Assembly: GCA_965277035.1 (NCBI GenBank)
Contig: CBDIBO010000003.1
Location: 5,071,786 to 5,135,785 of the forward strand
Source of the DNA: Rhodopila sp.
GTDB lineage: Bacteria; Pseudomonadota; Alphaproteobacteria; Acetobacterales; Acetobacteraceae
Direction of reading: 5' to 3'
Length of the DNA stretch: 64,000 nt
The notes beneath the pieces were generated by a model. That model saw nothing but the letters and a program-made list of their open reading frames with translations, searched no databases and was not told where the DNA came from. Shown piece by piece: positions 37,174 through 46,619 of this stretch. A program made the position numbers and the translations under genes. The stretch's first letter is position 1, and each line of letters opens with the position of its first letter.

Positions 37174-37809
37174 CTACACCCGACTTCGCAACCACCCCAA
37201 CCAGCTTGGCGTCTCGTTTGTCAGGCGCACCAGATCAGCCGCCAGCCCGTCGATGTCGGGCGTTTGCGAGGCCATGGACGGCACCAGCAGCCGGGCATTC
37301 CCCTGCCGATCGAAGACGTAGATGGCGGAGCTGTGGGTAACCTCGTACTTCCGCGGATCGGCGGACGGGGTCACCGAATAGGCGATGCGAAAGCGCTTCG
37401 CCAGGCGCGCCAATTGGTCGGCATCACCGCGCAGACCGACGAAATCGGCGCCGAACAGACCAACGTAGGCCTTCAGCACGGGGATCGTGTCGCGCGTTGG
37501 ATCAACGGTCACGAACAGGAAGCGGATACGTTTCGCCGCGTCGCCGGTCTTGCCCAACGCGGCTGCCACATTCTGCATCGTCAGTGGGCAGACATCGGGG
37601 CAGAAAGTGTAGCCGAAATACAGCATCGTCACCATGCCGCGATAGTCCGTCTGGGTCGCCGTTCGCCCATCCGGGGTGGCCTGCATGGTGAAGTCGAGCG
37701 ATGGCGATGTGCCGGTCACATCGATGTCGTGCCAGGTCTGATCCTCGGCTCGCGCCGAACTCAAGGGCAAGGCAGCCGCCAGCAGGCCGACGACCTCGCG
37801 GCGCCTCAA
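37174..37809 (-). CDS. SCO1/SenC family copper-binding protein
   Basis: YFGYTFCPDVCP (CxxxC), FVTVDP, conserved His in VTHSSAIY; RRR at the N-terminus. Confidence 0.93.
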   Translation of the reverse strand: MRRREVVGLLAAALPLSSARAEDQTWHDIDVTGTSPSLDFTMQATPDGRTATQTDYRGMVTMLYFGYTFCPDVCPLTMQNVAAALGKTGDAAKRIRFLFVTVDPTRDTIPVLKAYVGLFGADFVGLRGDADQLARLAKRFRIAYSVTPSADPRKYEVTHSSAIYVFDRQGNARLLVPSMASQTPDIDGLAADLVRLTNETPSWLGWLRSRV

Positions 37810-38357
37810 TGCCTGGCTCCCTGGATCGCGAAGGGTGCGTTGACCGAACTGCCGTCCGCGAAGTGCAAGGTAACCGTCTCGGTACCGTTATGGCTGAGCA
37901 GAGCGCCCGACGGTGCCATGCACATCAGGTGATAGTCGCCGGGGCTGAAATGGACGCTGCCCCGCGGCGGGACCGGCACCGAGGCGACCATGGTCATCCG
38001 GTCCATGCCGCCTTCGCTGGTCGTTTTGTGCAACATCAACGGATGGCAGTCGGGCGCGCTGGCACCGGACAGGATCAGCGGTGTGTGACCGTGGTTCTCC
38101 AGCACGAAGTAGCCCGCCGCCGGCCGCGACGCCAGCAGGACCTGCATCCGCCCGCCGGTTACCGTGACATCCGGAGATGCCCCCCATGCGATCGACGATG
38201 TTGTCGCTAGCACCAGGAGGCAACCGAATGACTTTGTGACGAGCGCGCGATGGCCTGAGGTTGCCCAAACCGCGGACGTCGATCGCCGTCTCGACCAAAA
38301 GCGATCGGAGCGTGATTGCTTCAAGCTGAAACTGTCACGCTCTAGTGAAAATCGCAT
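37806..38357 (-). CDS. Copper chaperone PCu(A)C
   Basis: LHKT...GGMDRM...F.PGDYHLM (H-M-x-H-M type copper motif). Start uncertain. Confidence 0.85.
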   Translation of the reverse strand: MRFSLERDSFSLKQSRSDRFWSRRRSTSAVWATSGHRALVTKSFGCLLVLATTSSIAWGASPDVTVTGGRMQVLLASRPAAGYFVLENHGHTPLILSGASAPDCHPLMLHKTTSEGGMDRMTMVASVPVPPRGSVHFSPGDYHLMCMAPSGALLSHNGTETVTLHFADGSSVNAPFAIQGARH

Positions 38358-38496
38358 TTCTCGACCTTCCTTCGTTTGGGACGACCGCCCTTTGGGCCAA
38401 CTTTCCTCTGGGCCGGGCGTCCGCCGGCCGCTGATCATCGGACCGAACGGCGCGGTTCGCCGCGGTGCGTGACCGTTGCTGTCCACCGACGCGGCA

Positions 38497-39495
38497 TCAG
38501 CGCCCGGTCCAACCCTTGGATGACACCCTTACACCGGGAGCGATCTCGATATCGTCCCGGTTGTTCCCGCCGCTTTGGAGATCCTCCTGCAGCCGCAGAT
38601 TGTTCAGGATCAGCATGAACGCCAAGGAACTCATCATCGACGACGGGATCCAAACGATCAGGCCCCCCAGATGCTGATCCAGCAGCGCCCCGACCGAGGG
38701 AAACAGCCGGCCGCACAAATCGTAGTACGAATAAAGCGGCGTCAGCCCGAAGGTCAGCCGAGCACCGATGAGTAATTGAGGAAACACCACCAGCATGCAG
38801 GTGATCAGGCGCACCGCATAGGAATGCCGGGCCGGCGGCGCGGGCCTGGGGTCGAGGATGAAGAACCAGAACAGCAGCCCGTCGATCACCATGCTCAGGT
38901 TCATCGTCGTGTACAGCAACGGCGAGATCATCGCGTGGAAGTGGATGTCGGGCTGCAGCCAGAACCAGACCAGGCCGACGAACAGCACGCCGGCGATCAC
39001 CGGCGTCTGCACGATACGCAACAGGCGTTCGATCCAGCGTCCCTGAACCAGCCGCAGGCCAGCCTGAGGCATGCCGAGCGCGATCGTCTCGCCTGGCCAG
39101 GCCAGTGCGATCAGGAACGGACCCAGATGGTGCATCCCCAGATGCTGCAGCCGGTTGAGGAAGAACATGTGCTGTGAGAGGTAGACGAAATGGGTCTGCA
39201 GTGTGCCCCAGATCAGCGCGACGCCGGTGAGGAACGCCATGCGCCGCAGCCAATGGGGCCGGCGTTCCCGCTGTGTCACCGTCAGACCGCGTAAGTACCA
39301 GACCAGCGGCAGCGCGATACCGAGATACTCGATCCAGGAAAAATCCCACGGCGCGATCACCGGCATCTCGGCCGGATAGAACGCGCACCCCCACCACAGC
39401 ACAACGCCAGCGACCAGTACGGCTATGTTCAGCAGGACTGAAGGATTCAGCTCGCGAGGAACCGTCCGGGAAGCGAGGTGTTGCGAGCTGCTCAC
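38497..39495 (-). CDS. Cytochrome c oxidase assembly protein (Caa3-CtaG-like)
   Basis: Multi-TM; HFVYLSQHMFFLNRLQHLGMHHLGP, WLQPDIHF, LLDQHLGGLIVWIP. Start uncertain. Confidence 0.8.
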   Translation of the reverse strand: MSSSQHLASRTVPRELNPSVLLNIAVLVAGVVLWWGCAFYPAEMPVIAPWDFSWIEYLGIALPLVWYLRGLTVTQRERRPHWLRRMAFLTGVALIWGTLQTHFVYLSQHMFFLNRLQHLGMHHLGPFLIALAWPGETIALGMPQAGLRLVQGRWIERLLRIVQTPVIAGVLFVGLVWFWLQPDIHFHAMISPLLYTTMNLSMVIDGLLFWFFILDPRPAPPARHSYAVRLITCMLVVFPQLLIGARLTFGLTPLYSYYDLCGRLFPSVGALLDQHLGGLIVWIPSSMMSSLAFMLILNNLRLQEDLQSGGNNRDDIEIAPGVRVSSKGWTGR

Positions 39496-39684
39496 GACGC
39501 CGAGCCATCGGATCGATAAGCCCGACTGACAAGTTACAAAGGACTTATAAATTTCGTAATCGAACCGAAAGTTGTACCGCCGCGCGCCGCCGCCGACCGC
39601 GCACTGGACAATCGCATGGGCCGCAGCGCATAGCACCGCCGCCGAATCAACGGCACGGTATCCAGGAGCCCCGCGCGTCAGACC

Positions 39685-41262
39685 ATGATGTACTTCAGCC
39701 GTATGAAGGCCACCCTCATCCTTGGTGTCTGCCTGCTCGGAATTCTGCTCGGCGTGCCCAATCTGTTCCCCGCGCCGGCGGCCTGGATGCCGTGGCGAAC
39801 CGTCCATCTGGGCCTTGATCTGCGTGGCGGCAGCTATCTGCTGCTCGAGGTCGATATGAAGGCGGTGATCAAGGAGCGGCTCGACAGCATCGCCGATGGC
39901 GTGCGTCAGGCGCTGCGCGGCGGCCAGCTGTTTTATCAGACGATCGTGCCGCAGCCGGACCAGAATCGCGTGCTGCTTCGTCTGCGTGACACCAGCAAGA
40001 CCCAGGCCGCGATCGCCGCGCTGAAGCCCCTGATCGGCCAGGATGCGACCACCGGGCGGCCCGACATGGCCATCGCCTCGGAACCTGACGGGGCGATTTC
40101 CTTGACCCTGTCGGCCTCGGCACTCGCCGCGCGCGCCGCGGGCGCGGTTGACCAGTCGATCGAGATCATCCGCCGCCGCATCGATCAGACCGGTGTGGTG
40201 GATCCGCAGATCACCCGCCAGGGCCAAAGCCGCATTGTCGTGCAGCTTCCCGGCATCGGCGACCCCGACCGGATCAAGAAATTGATCGGCGAGACCGCGC
40301 ACATGACGTTCCAGTTGGTCGATGAAACCGCGAACCCGGCCGCCGGTGGCCCGCCACCGGCCGGCGACGACTACCTGCCCATGCAGGATCGCCCGGGTGA
40401 GAAGATCGCGGTGCGTCGACGCGTCGATGTGGACGGCGCCGATCTGACCGATGCGCGTGCCGGCACCAACCCGGAGAGCGGGGATTGGGTGGTCAACTTC
40501 ACCTTCAACTCGATCGGCGCCCGCCGCTTCGCCGATGTCACCCGCGCCAATGTTAACCACCGCTTCGCCATCGTGCTCGACAACAAGGTGATCTCCGCCC
40601 CGGTCATCCGCGAGCCGATCACCGGGGGGCGGGGTCAGATCAGTGGTTCGTTCACCGCCGCCTCGGCCAGCGATCTCGCGGTCCTGTTGCGCGCGGGCGC
40701 GCTGCCGGCGCCGCTGACCGTGGTCGAGCAGCGCAGCGTCGGCCCCGAACTGGGCGCCGCCAGCATCCGGGCCGGCGCCATCTCCTTGGCTGCCGGCTTC
40801 CTGTTCGTCATCGCCTTCATGGGCTTTTTCTACGGCCTGTTCGGCTGGTTCGCCAACCTCGCCCTGGTGATCAACCTGTTCCTGCTGCTCGGTATCATGT
40901 CGCTGTTGCAGGCCACCCTGACCTTGCCCGGCATGGCCGGCATCCTGCTGACCCTGGGCATGGCGGTCGATGCCAACATCCTGATCAATGAGCGTATCCG
41001 CGAGGAACAGCGGCTGGGCCGTCCGCCGCTCGCCGCCCTGGAGCACGGCTTCAAACGCGCCTACAGCACCATCTTCGACAGCAACGCGACGGCGTTCCTG
41101 GCGCACGTTATGCTGTTCGTCTTCGGCTCCGGCCCGGTGCGTGGTTTCGCGGTGACGATCACCGTCGGCATCGCCACGTCGTTGTTCACCGCCTGGATGC
41201 TGACCCGGCTCCTGGTGTCCCGCTGGTACGTCGCCACGCGGCCGAAGCTGCTGCCGGTGTAG
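39685..41262 (+). CDS. secD: Protein translocase subunit SecD
   Basis: LGLDLRGG, IRRRIDQTGV, FAIVLD, LRAGALPAPL, GMAVDANILINERIREE. Confidence 0.98.
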   Translation: MMYFSRMKATLILGVCLLGILLGVPNLFPAPAAWMPWRTVHLGLDLRGGSYLLLEVDMKAVIKERLDSIADGVRQALRGGQLFYQTIVPQPDQNRVLLRLRDTSKTQAAIAALKPLIGQDATTGRPDMAIASEPDGAISLTLSASALAARAAGAVDQSIEIIRRRIDQTGVVDPQITRQGQSRIVVQLPGIGDPDRIKKLIGETAHMTFQLVDETANPAAGGPPPAGDDYLPMQDRPGEKIAVRRRVDVDGADLTDARAGTNPESGDWVVNFTFNSIGARRFADVTRANVNHRFAIVLDNKVISAPVIREPITGGRGQISGSFTAASASDLAVLLRAGALPAPLTVVEQRSVGPELGAASIRAGAISLAAGFLFVIAFMGFFYGLFGWFANLALVINLFLLLGIMSLLQATLTLPGMAGILLTLGMAVDANILINERIREEQRLGRPPLAALEHGFKRAYSTIFDSNATAFLAHVMLFVFGSGPVRGFAVTITVGIATSLFTAWMLTRLLVSRWYVATRPKLLPV

Positions 41263-41273
41263 GGGTCTTCGCC

Positions 41274-42404
41274 ATGTTCATGAAACCGCGCTTTCGACTG
41301 GTCCCCGACAACACTCGCATCCGGTTCATGCGGGGCCGCTACATGGGCCTGATCGTGTCGGCGATCCTGTCCACCGCATCGGTGATCCTGTTCTTCTATC
41401 CCGGCCTGAACCTCGGCATCGATTTCTCCGGCGGCGTGGTGATGGAGGTGCGGACCCAGGGCCCGGCGAATTTCGCTCAGATCCATGACGCCCTGAGGGC
41501 CGAACATATCCCCGACCAGGGCGTGCAGCGCTTTGGTGACCCGTCCGAGGTGCTGATCCGCCTTGGCGCCCAGCCGTCCGAGGCCGGCACCCAGGCCGCT
41601 GTCACCCAGGTGCGCGCCGCCCTGGAAAAAGGCGTTCCAGGTGCTCGTATCGAGCGCACGGACGCTGTCGGCGCCAGCGTGTCGGCCGAACTGTTCCGCA
41701 ACGGCCTGCTCGCGCTGGGCATCAGCCTGCTGATGATCCTGGTCTATATCTGGTTTCGCTTCGAGTGGCAGTTCGCCGTCGGCGCGGTCGTCACGCTGGT
41801 GCTGGATGTCACCAAGGCGATTGGTTTCCTCGCGCTGACCGGCATCCAGTTCGACCTGGTGATGGTGGCCGCGATCCTGACGATCCTGGGCTATTCCACG
41901 AATGACAAGGTGGTTGTGTACGACCGGGTGCGCGAGAACCTGCGCAAATACAAGTCGATGCCGCTGCGCGAGCTGATCGATCTGTCGATCAACGAGACGC
42001 TGAACCGCACATTGGGCACCTCGATGACGGTGTTCCTCGCCAGCCTGCCGCTGGCGCTGTTCGGCGGCGAGTCGATCTCCGGCTTTGCCTGGATCATGCT
42101 GTTTGGCATCGTCGTCGGCACGTCGTCGTCGATCTTCATCGCTGCGCCGATCCTGCTGTTCCTCGGCGAGCATCGGCTGCGCCGCGAAGCCGCCGCGCCG
42201 GCTGGGCGGTCTGCCGCGGCAGCCTCCTCCGCGCTCACTACGTCCGCGGCGAGCAAGGCTATGCCGGCTGGCTCGGGTTCTGCCGCGGCCGAACCGGCCG
42301 GCATGGGCCAGCCCCAGCCGGCGCCAAGCAAACCCGCCTCCGCCAAGGCGCCGACCGGCCAGCCGCCGGCGCGCAAGGCTACGACCGCACCCCGCCGCCG
42401 TTGA
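41274..42404 (+). CDS. secF: Protein translocase subunit SecF
   Basis: LGIDFSGG, LTILGYSTNDKVVVYDRVRENL, GTSSSIFIA; Ala/Pro-rich tail. Confidence 0.98.
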   Translation: MFMKPRFRLVPDNTRIRFMRGRYMGLIVSAILSTASVILFFYPGLNLGIDFSGGVVMEVRTQGPANFAQIHDALRAEHIPDQGVQRFGDPSEVLIRLGAQPSEAGTQAAVTQVRAALEKGVPGARIERTDAVGASVSAELFRNGLLALGISLLMILVYIWFRFEWQFAVGAVVTLVLDVTKAIGFLALTGIQFDLVMVAAILTILGYSTNDKVVVYDRVRENLRKYKSMPLRELIDLSINETLNRTLGTSMTVFLASLPLALFGGESISGFAWIMLFGIVVGTSSSIFIAAPILLFLGEHRLRREAAAPAGRSAAAASSALTTSAASKAMPAGSGSAAAEPAGMGQPQPAPSKPASAKAPTGQPPARKATTAPRRR

Positions 42405-42591
42405 GCACCCGCCGTTGATGACCGCCGTCGGGGGCCCGGCTGGACAGCTCGCGCGGCGAACCCGTGCTGGGCGGTTCGGCAAGCGGATAACTCGGTTCTG
42501 AGGTCACCGCTCGACACGCTCCGCTGCATCGCGATCCAGTCCATGCTAGACCAGTGGAAGACTCGAATCGTGTCCCGACAGGAGGAAACCA

Positions 42592-43587
42592 ATGGCCGCC
42601 AGCAACAAGCCGCGATCCGGCATCCAGACCGACCGCAACTTGGCGCTGGAACTGGTCCGCGTTACCGAAGCCGCGGCGCTTGCCGCGTCGCACTGGATCG
42701 GTCACGGCAAGAAGAACGAAGCCGACGGCGCGGCGGTCGAGGCCATGCGCAAGGCATTCGACGCGGTGGCGATCGAGGGCACCGTGGTGATCGGTGAGGG
42801 TGAGATGGACGAGGCGCCGATGCTGTTTATCGGCGAGAAGGTCGGTGCCGGGGGTCCGCCGATGGACATCGCGGTCGACCCGCTCGAGGGTACCACGCTA
42901 ACCGCCAAGGCTGGCCCCAACGCCATGGCCACCCTGGCACTGGCCGAGAGCGGCAACTTCCTCCACGCCCCCGACATCTACATGGACAAGATCGCTGTCG
43001 GAGGTGGCCTTCCCGCGGGGGTGGTGAACCTGGACGACTCAGTCGCCGACAACCTGCGCAACCTGGCGCGGGCCAAGAAACGCGATATTTCCGATCTGGT
43101 GGCCTGCATCCTGGATCGTGACCGGCACAAGGATCTGATCGTCCAGTGCCGCGAAGCCGGGGCGCGCGTCATGCTCATCAGCGACGGCGACGTTGCCGGT
43201 GTGATCGCCACGGCCATGCCGGATTCGGACATCGACATCTACCTGGGGTCCGGCGGCGCGCCCGAGGGCGTGCTGTCGGCGGCGGCATTGCGCTGCGTCG
43301 GCGGCCAGATGCAGGGCCGGCTGCTGTATGAATCAGACGATCAGATGCAGCGCGTTCGCGCGATGGGTCATGCCGATCCAAAGCGCTGTTTCGCGGTGGA
43401 GGAAATGGCCAGGGGCGACGTGATGTTCGCCGCCACCGGCGTCACCACCGGCGCCATGCTGCGCGGCGTCAAGCGCAGCGTGGGCGGCGCGGTTACCCAT
43501 TCCATCGTGATGCGCAGCCATTCCGGCACCGTTCGCTTTATCGAGGCGCACCACAACTTCGTGCAGAAGACCTGGACACCGACCTAG
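42592..43587 (+). CDS. glpX: Class II fructose-1,6-bisphosphatase
   Basis: LELVRVTEAAA, GTVVIGEGEMDEAPML, DIAVDPLEGT, GGAPEGVL. Confidence 0.98.
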   Translation: MAASNKPRSGIQTDRNLALELVRVTEAAALAASHWIGHGKKNEADGAAVEAMRKAFDAVAIEGTVVIGEGEMDEAPMLFIGEKVGAGGPPMDIAVDPLEGTTLTAKAGPNAMATLALAESGNFLHAPDIYMDKIAVGGGLPAGVVNLDDSVADNLRNLARAKKRDISDLVACILDRDRHKDLIVQCREAGARVMLISDGDVAGVIATAMPDSDIDIYLGSGGAPEGVLSAAALRCVGGQMQGRLLYESDDQMQRVRAMGHADPKRCFAVEEMARGDVMFAATGVTTGAMLRGVKRSVGGAVTHSIVMRSHSGTVRFIEAHHNFVQKTWTPT

Positions 43588-43670
43588 CGCATGATCACGC
43601 CGAGCGTAATGTTCAGAGCGTGTGAAAAGCTCGGGGCGAGACCACATGCCGCCGTCCTCCGGGATGCGCC

Positions 43671-45494
43671 GTGGTGCTTCATGCCCTCCGGGCCCAACCC
43701 CTGCTTGCTGCCGTGCTGACCCAAACCGACACCGTCCTGGGCGTCGCCAGCAGCCTGTGCGGCCGCCGCTGGGTCTGGCGCACCGGCGAGGACCGTGTCG
43801 CCGCGGCGATCGCCCAGCGGCTCGACCTGCCGGAGATCGTCAGCCGCCTGCTGGCCGCCCGCGGCATCGGCATCGATGCCGCCGCCCACTTCCTGGAGCC
43901 GACCTTGCGGGTGCTGCTGCCGGACCCGTCGGCCATGACCGACATGGACATCGCCGCCGACCGCCTCGCCGATGCCGTCCGCTCGGGCGAAACGGTCGCG
44001 GTCTATGGCGACTACGACGTCGATGGAGCCTGCAGCGCCGCCTTGATGGTCGGCTTGCTGCGAACACTTGGCTGTCTCGTTCACCACCACGTGCCGGATC
44101 GCATCAAGGAGGGGTATGGGCCGAACGCCCCCGCCCTGGCATCCCTGGTCATGCGCGGTGCCAGCCTGATCGTCTGCGTCGACTGCGGCACCGCCGCCGC
44201 GCTTGCGCTGTCCGCCGTCGCCGGTCAAGCCGAGGTCATCGTGCTGGATCATCATAAGGCCGAGGGGCCGCCGCCACTGATCCTGGCGACTGTCAACCCG
44301 AACCGGCTGGATGATACCTCTGGCCTAACCGGCCTGTGCGCCGCCGGCGTCGCCTTCCTGACCGCGGTTGCGACGGTTCGGGCGCTACGCCGCCTGGGCT
44401 TATTCGCCACCCGGCCGGAACCGGACCTGATGGGTTTGCTGGACCTCGTGGCGCTGGCCACCATCTGCGATGTGATGCCGTTGACCGGTGTCAACCGCGC
44501 CTTCGTATGCCAGGGCCTGAAGGTGATGGGCCGCCGCGCCCGACCCGGCATCGCCGCGCTGCTGGACGTGACCCAGGCGCAGGCGAAGCTGAACGCCGCG
44601 ACCTGCGGCTATGCCCTGGGTCCGCGGATCAATGCCGGCGGCCGCATCAGCGAGGCTGACCTGGGTCTGCGCCTGCTGCTGACCGAGGACCGGATCCAGG
44701 CGTTGGCCCTGGCCGAGAAGCTCGAGGCAGTCAATCGCCTGCGCCAGGAGGTCGAGGCCGCCATCATGGACGCCGCGATGGATGCCGCGGCGATACAGGT
44801 CGCCGCCGGGCGGGCCGCGGTGCTGGTGACGGGCGAGGGCTGGCATCCGGGGGTGGTCGGCATCGTCGCCGGCCGGATCAAGGAACGCTTCAACCGCCCG
44901 GCCTGTGTCGCCGGTTTCGCCGACGGCATAGGCAAAGGGTCCGGCCGTTCGGTGCCGGGCGTCGACCTGGGCGCGGCGGTCATCGCTGCTCGACAGGCGG
45001 GTCTTCTGCTGACCGGCGGCGGCCATGCGATGGCGGCCGGGTTCTCTATCAGGACTGACCGGCTGGATGCGTTCCACGCCTTCCTCGACGACCGCCTGTC
45101 TGCCGCCGCCGTTATGCCTGGCGCCGCCGAACTCATCGTCGAGGGTACCCTGGCGGTGTCCGGCGCCAACACCGAAACGGCCCGCCATCTGCAACGGCTC
45201 GCCCCGTTCGGCGCCGGCAATGAGGAGCCCACCCTGGTGCTACATCGTGTCCGCGTGGTGCGGGCGGATCGGGTCGGCCGGGACGGCAACTCGATCCGCG
45301 CCTTTATCGAAGGCGAAAGCGGTGGTCCCCGGCTGAAGGCAATGATGTTCCGTGCCAGGGCGGGCGCCCTGGCCGATGCCCTGCTGGCGGGCGGTGCCGG
45401 CGCGCCGCTGCATCTTGCTGGCCATTTGCGAGCCGAGGAATGGAACGGTTCGGTCAGTCCCTGCTTTGTGATTTCGGATGCTGCCGCGGCCTGA
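43671..45494 (+). CDS. recJ: Single-stranded-DNA exonuclease RecJ
   Basis: YGDYDVDG, VDCGT, LDHH, GPRINAGGR, GVVGIVAGR, GGHAMAAG. Confidence 0.97.
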   Translation: MVLHALRAQPLLAAVLTQTDTVLGVASSLCGRRWVWRTGEDRVAAAIAQRLDLPEIVSRLLAARGIGIDAAAHFLEPTLRVLLPDPSAMTDMDIAADRLADAVRSGETVAVYGDYDVDGACSAALMVGLLRTLGCLVHHHVPDRIKEGYGPNAPALASLVMRGASLIVCVDCGTAAALALSAVAGQAEVIVLDHHKAEGPPPLILATVNPNRLDDTSGLTGLCAAGVAFLTAVATVRALRRLGLFATRPEPDLMGLLDLVALATICDVMPLTGVNRAFVCQGLKVMGRRARPGIAALLDVTQAQAKLNAATCGYALGPRINAGGRISEADLGLRLLLTEDRIQALALAEKLEAVNRLRQEVEAAIMDAAMDAAAIQVAAGRAAVLVTGEGWHPGVVGIVAGRIKERFNRPACVAGFADGIGKGSGRSVPGVDLGAAVIAARQAGLLLTGGGHAMAAGFSIRTDRLDAFHAFLDDRLSAAAVMPGAAELIVEGTLAVSGANTETARHLQRLAPFGAGNEEPTLVLHRVRVVRADRVGRDGNSIRAFIEGESGGPRLKAMMFRARAGALADALLAGGAGAPLHLAGHLRAEEWNGSVSPCFVISDAAAA

Positions 45495-45516
45495 CCGGGC
45501 ATCCGGACAACAGCGC

Positions 45517-45545
45517 TTGACCGGTGAAGGTGGGTCCGCTACCCA
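45517..45545 (+). promoter_or_regulatory. Candidate sigma70 promoter of tRNA-Glu
   Basis: TTGACC-N17-TACCCA about 38 nt upstream of the tRNA. Confidence 0.4.
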
Positions 45546-45582
45546 CCGCCGGCCCGATGATCGCGGCTATCGGTGACGGCCT

Positions 45583-45658
45583 GTCCCGTTCGTCTAGAGG
45601 CCCAGGACACCGCCCTTTCACGGCGGTAACACGAGTTCGAATCTCGTACGGGACGCCA
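45583..45658 (+). tRNA. tRNA-Glu (anticodon TTC)
   Basis: GTCCCGT/ACGGGAC acceptor stem, CCGCC-CTTTCAC-GGCGG anticodon arm, GTTCGAATC T-loop, encoded CCA. Confidence 0.98.
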
Positions 45659-45962
45659 AGCTATCAAACACCGATAACCCATTGAAAAACCGAAATTTTC
45701 ATTTCAGTTTCGAGCACTTTGACTATTTTTGACAGCACATCTGACAGCAGCCAGGGCGCCGGAACTGGCACTAGATGGCGGACAACCCGTTCCGAAGGGC
45801 AACCCGTTTTGAAGGGACGACTGACAGCGATAACCATCCTCTGATACTGGGCGACGGATGCGTCGACCGGTATGCGCGCCGAGTTGGCTGGCGGTGGCGC
45901 GCGAAAAATGACTCTGATACCGCCGGCGATACCCGTCGGCGCAAGCGCCGAATGGTATCAGT

Positions 45963-46385
45963 CTAATGCTTCCAATCGTCTGGAACCACACCGCCGTCGG
46001 CGGCCAATTTCGTCATCACGTCGGCGTGCAGCCACTTATTCATCGTGGCTGAGTCGTCCTCGTTACCCGAATAGCCAAGCTCCTTGGCGAGTTCTTTGCG
46101 ATGCGACAGCCCGCTGTCGAGACCAAGCAACTTGAGCAGATCGACAATCGACGTTTGATAATTGAGTGGTTGACCACTCTTGGCGGCCAATGCAGCCAAT
46201 GTTGCATTCACATCAATCGGCAGCGTCCGGGCTGCCGATTTGGTTTCAGCATTAGGCGTGGGAACCATGCTCGCCGACGAATCCTGAGTCGGGGGCGATA
46301 TGGCTGCAACAACGTCCGGCGTGACGGCTGGCTTCGCTTCAGGTGATCCGAAGATCGCATCTTTGATGGTGCTGAACAAACTCAT
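45963..46385 (-). CDS. DUF3597-like protein
   Basis: MSLFSTIKDAIFG...LNYQTSIVDLLKLLGLDSGLSHRKELAKELGYSG...NKWLHADVMTKLAADGGVVP. Confidence 0.8.
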   Translation of the reverse strand: MSLFSTIKDAIFGSPEAKPAVTPDVVAAISPPTQDSSASMVPTPNAETKSAARTLPIDVNATLAALAAKSGQPLNYQTSIVDLLKLLGLDSGLSHRKELAKELGYSGNEDDSATMNKWLHADVMTKLAADGGVVPDDWKH

Positions 46386-46619
46386 GTCGGGTGCGTCCAC
46401 GGGCGCAATTCGCCTGAGGGCTTCATAGAAGCTTTCGGTCCGGCGGCATATAGCCGCTTCAGGCGGCGGGTTTATCAAGGATTGCTCGCGGGTTTACCGA
46501 CAGAAAGGTGCGGGAGGCCATTGCGGAATTGGTTCAGGAATCGGAGCGGCAAAGACGCCGCGCTTGAGACCGGCGCGCATGATTGGTGAAGCAATCCCAT
46601 CCAGCCCCGCTTAGAAACG

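Noticed and set aside
38497-41106. 869-aa ORF in the track
   Set aside because: Only the last ~332 codons (CtaG-like) look real. The rest is the stop-free antisense frame of secD, which is common at high GC.
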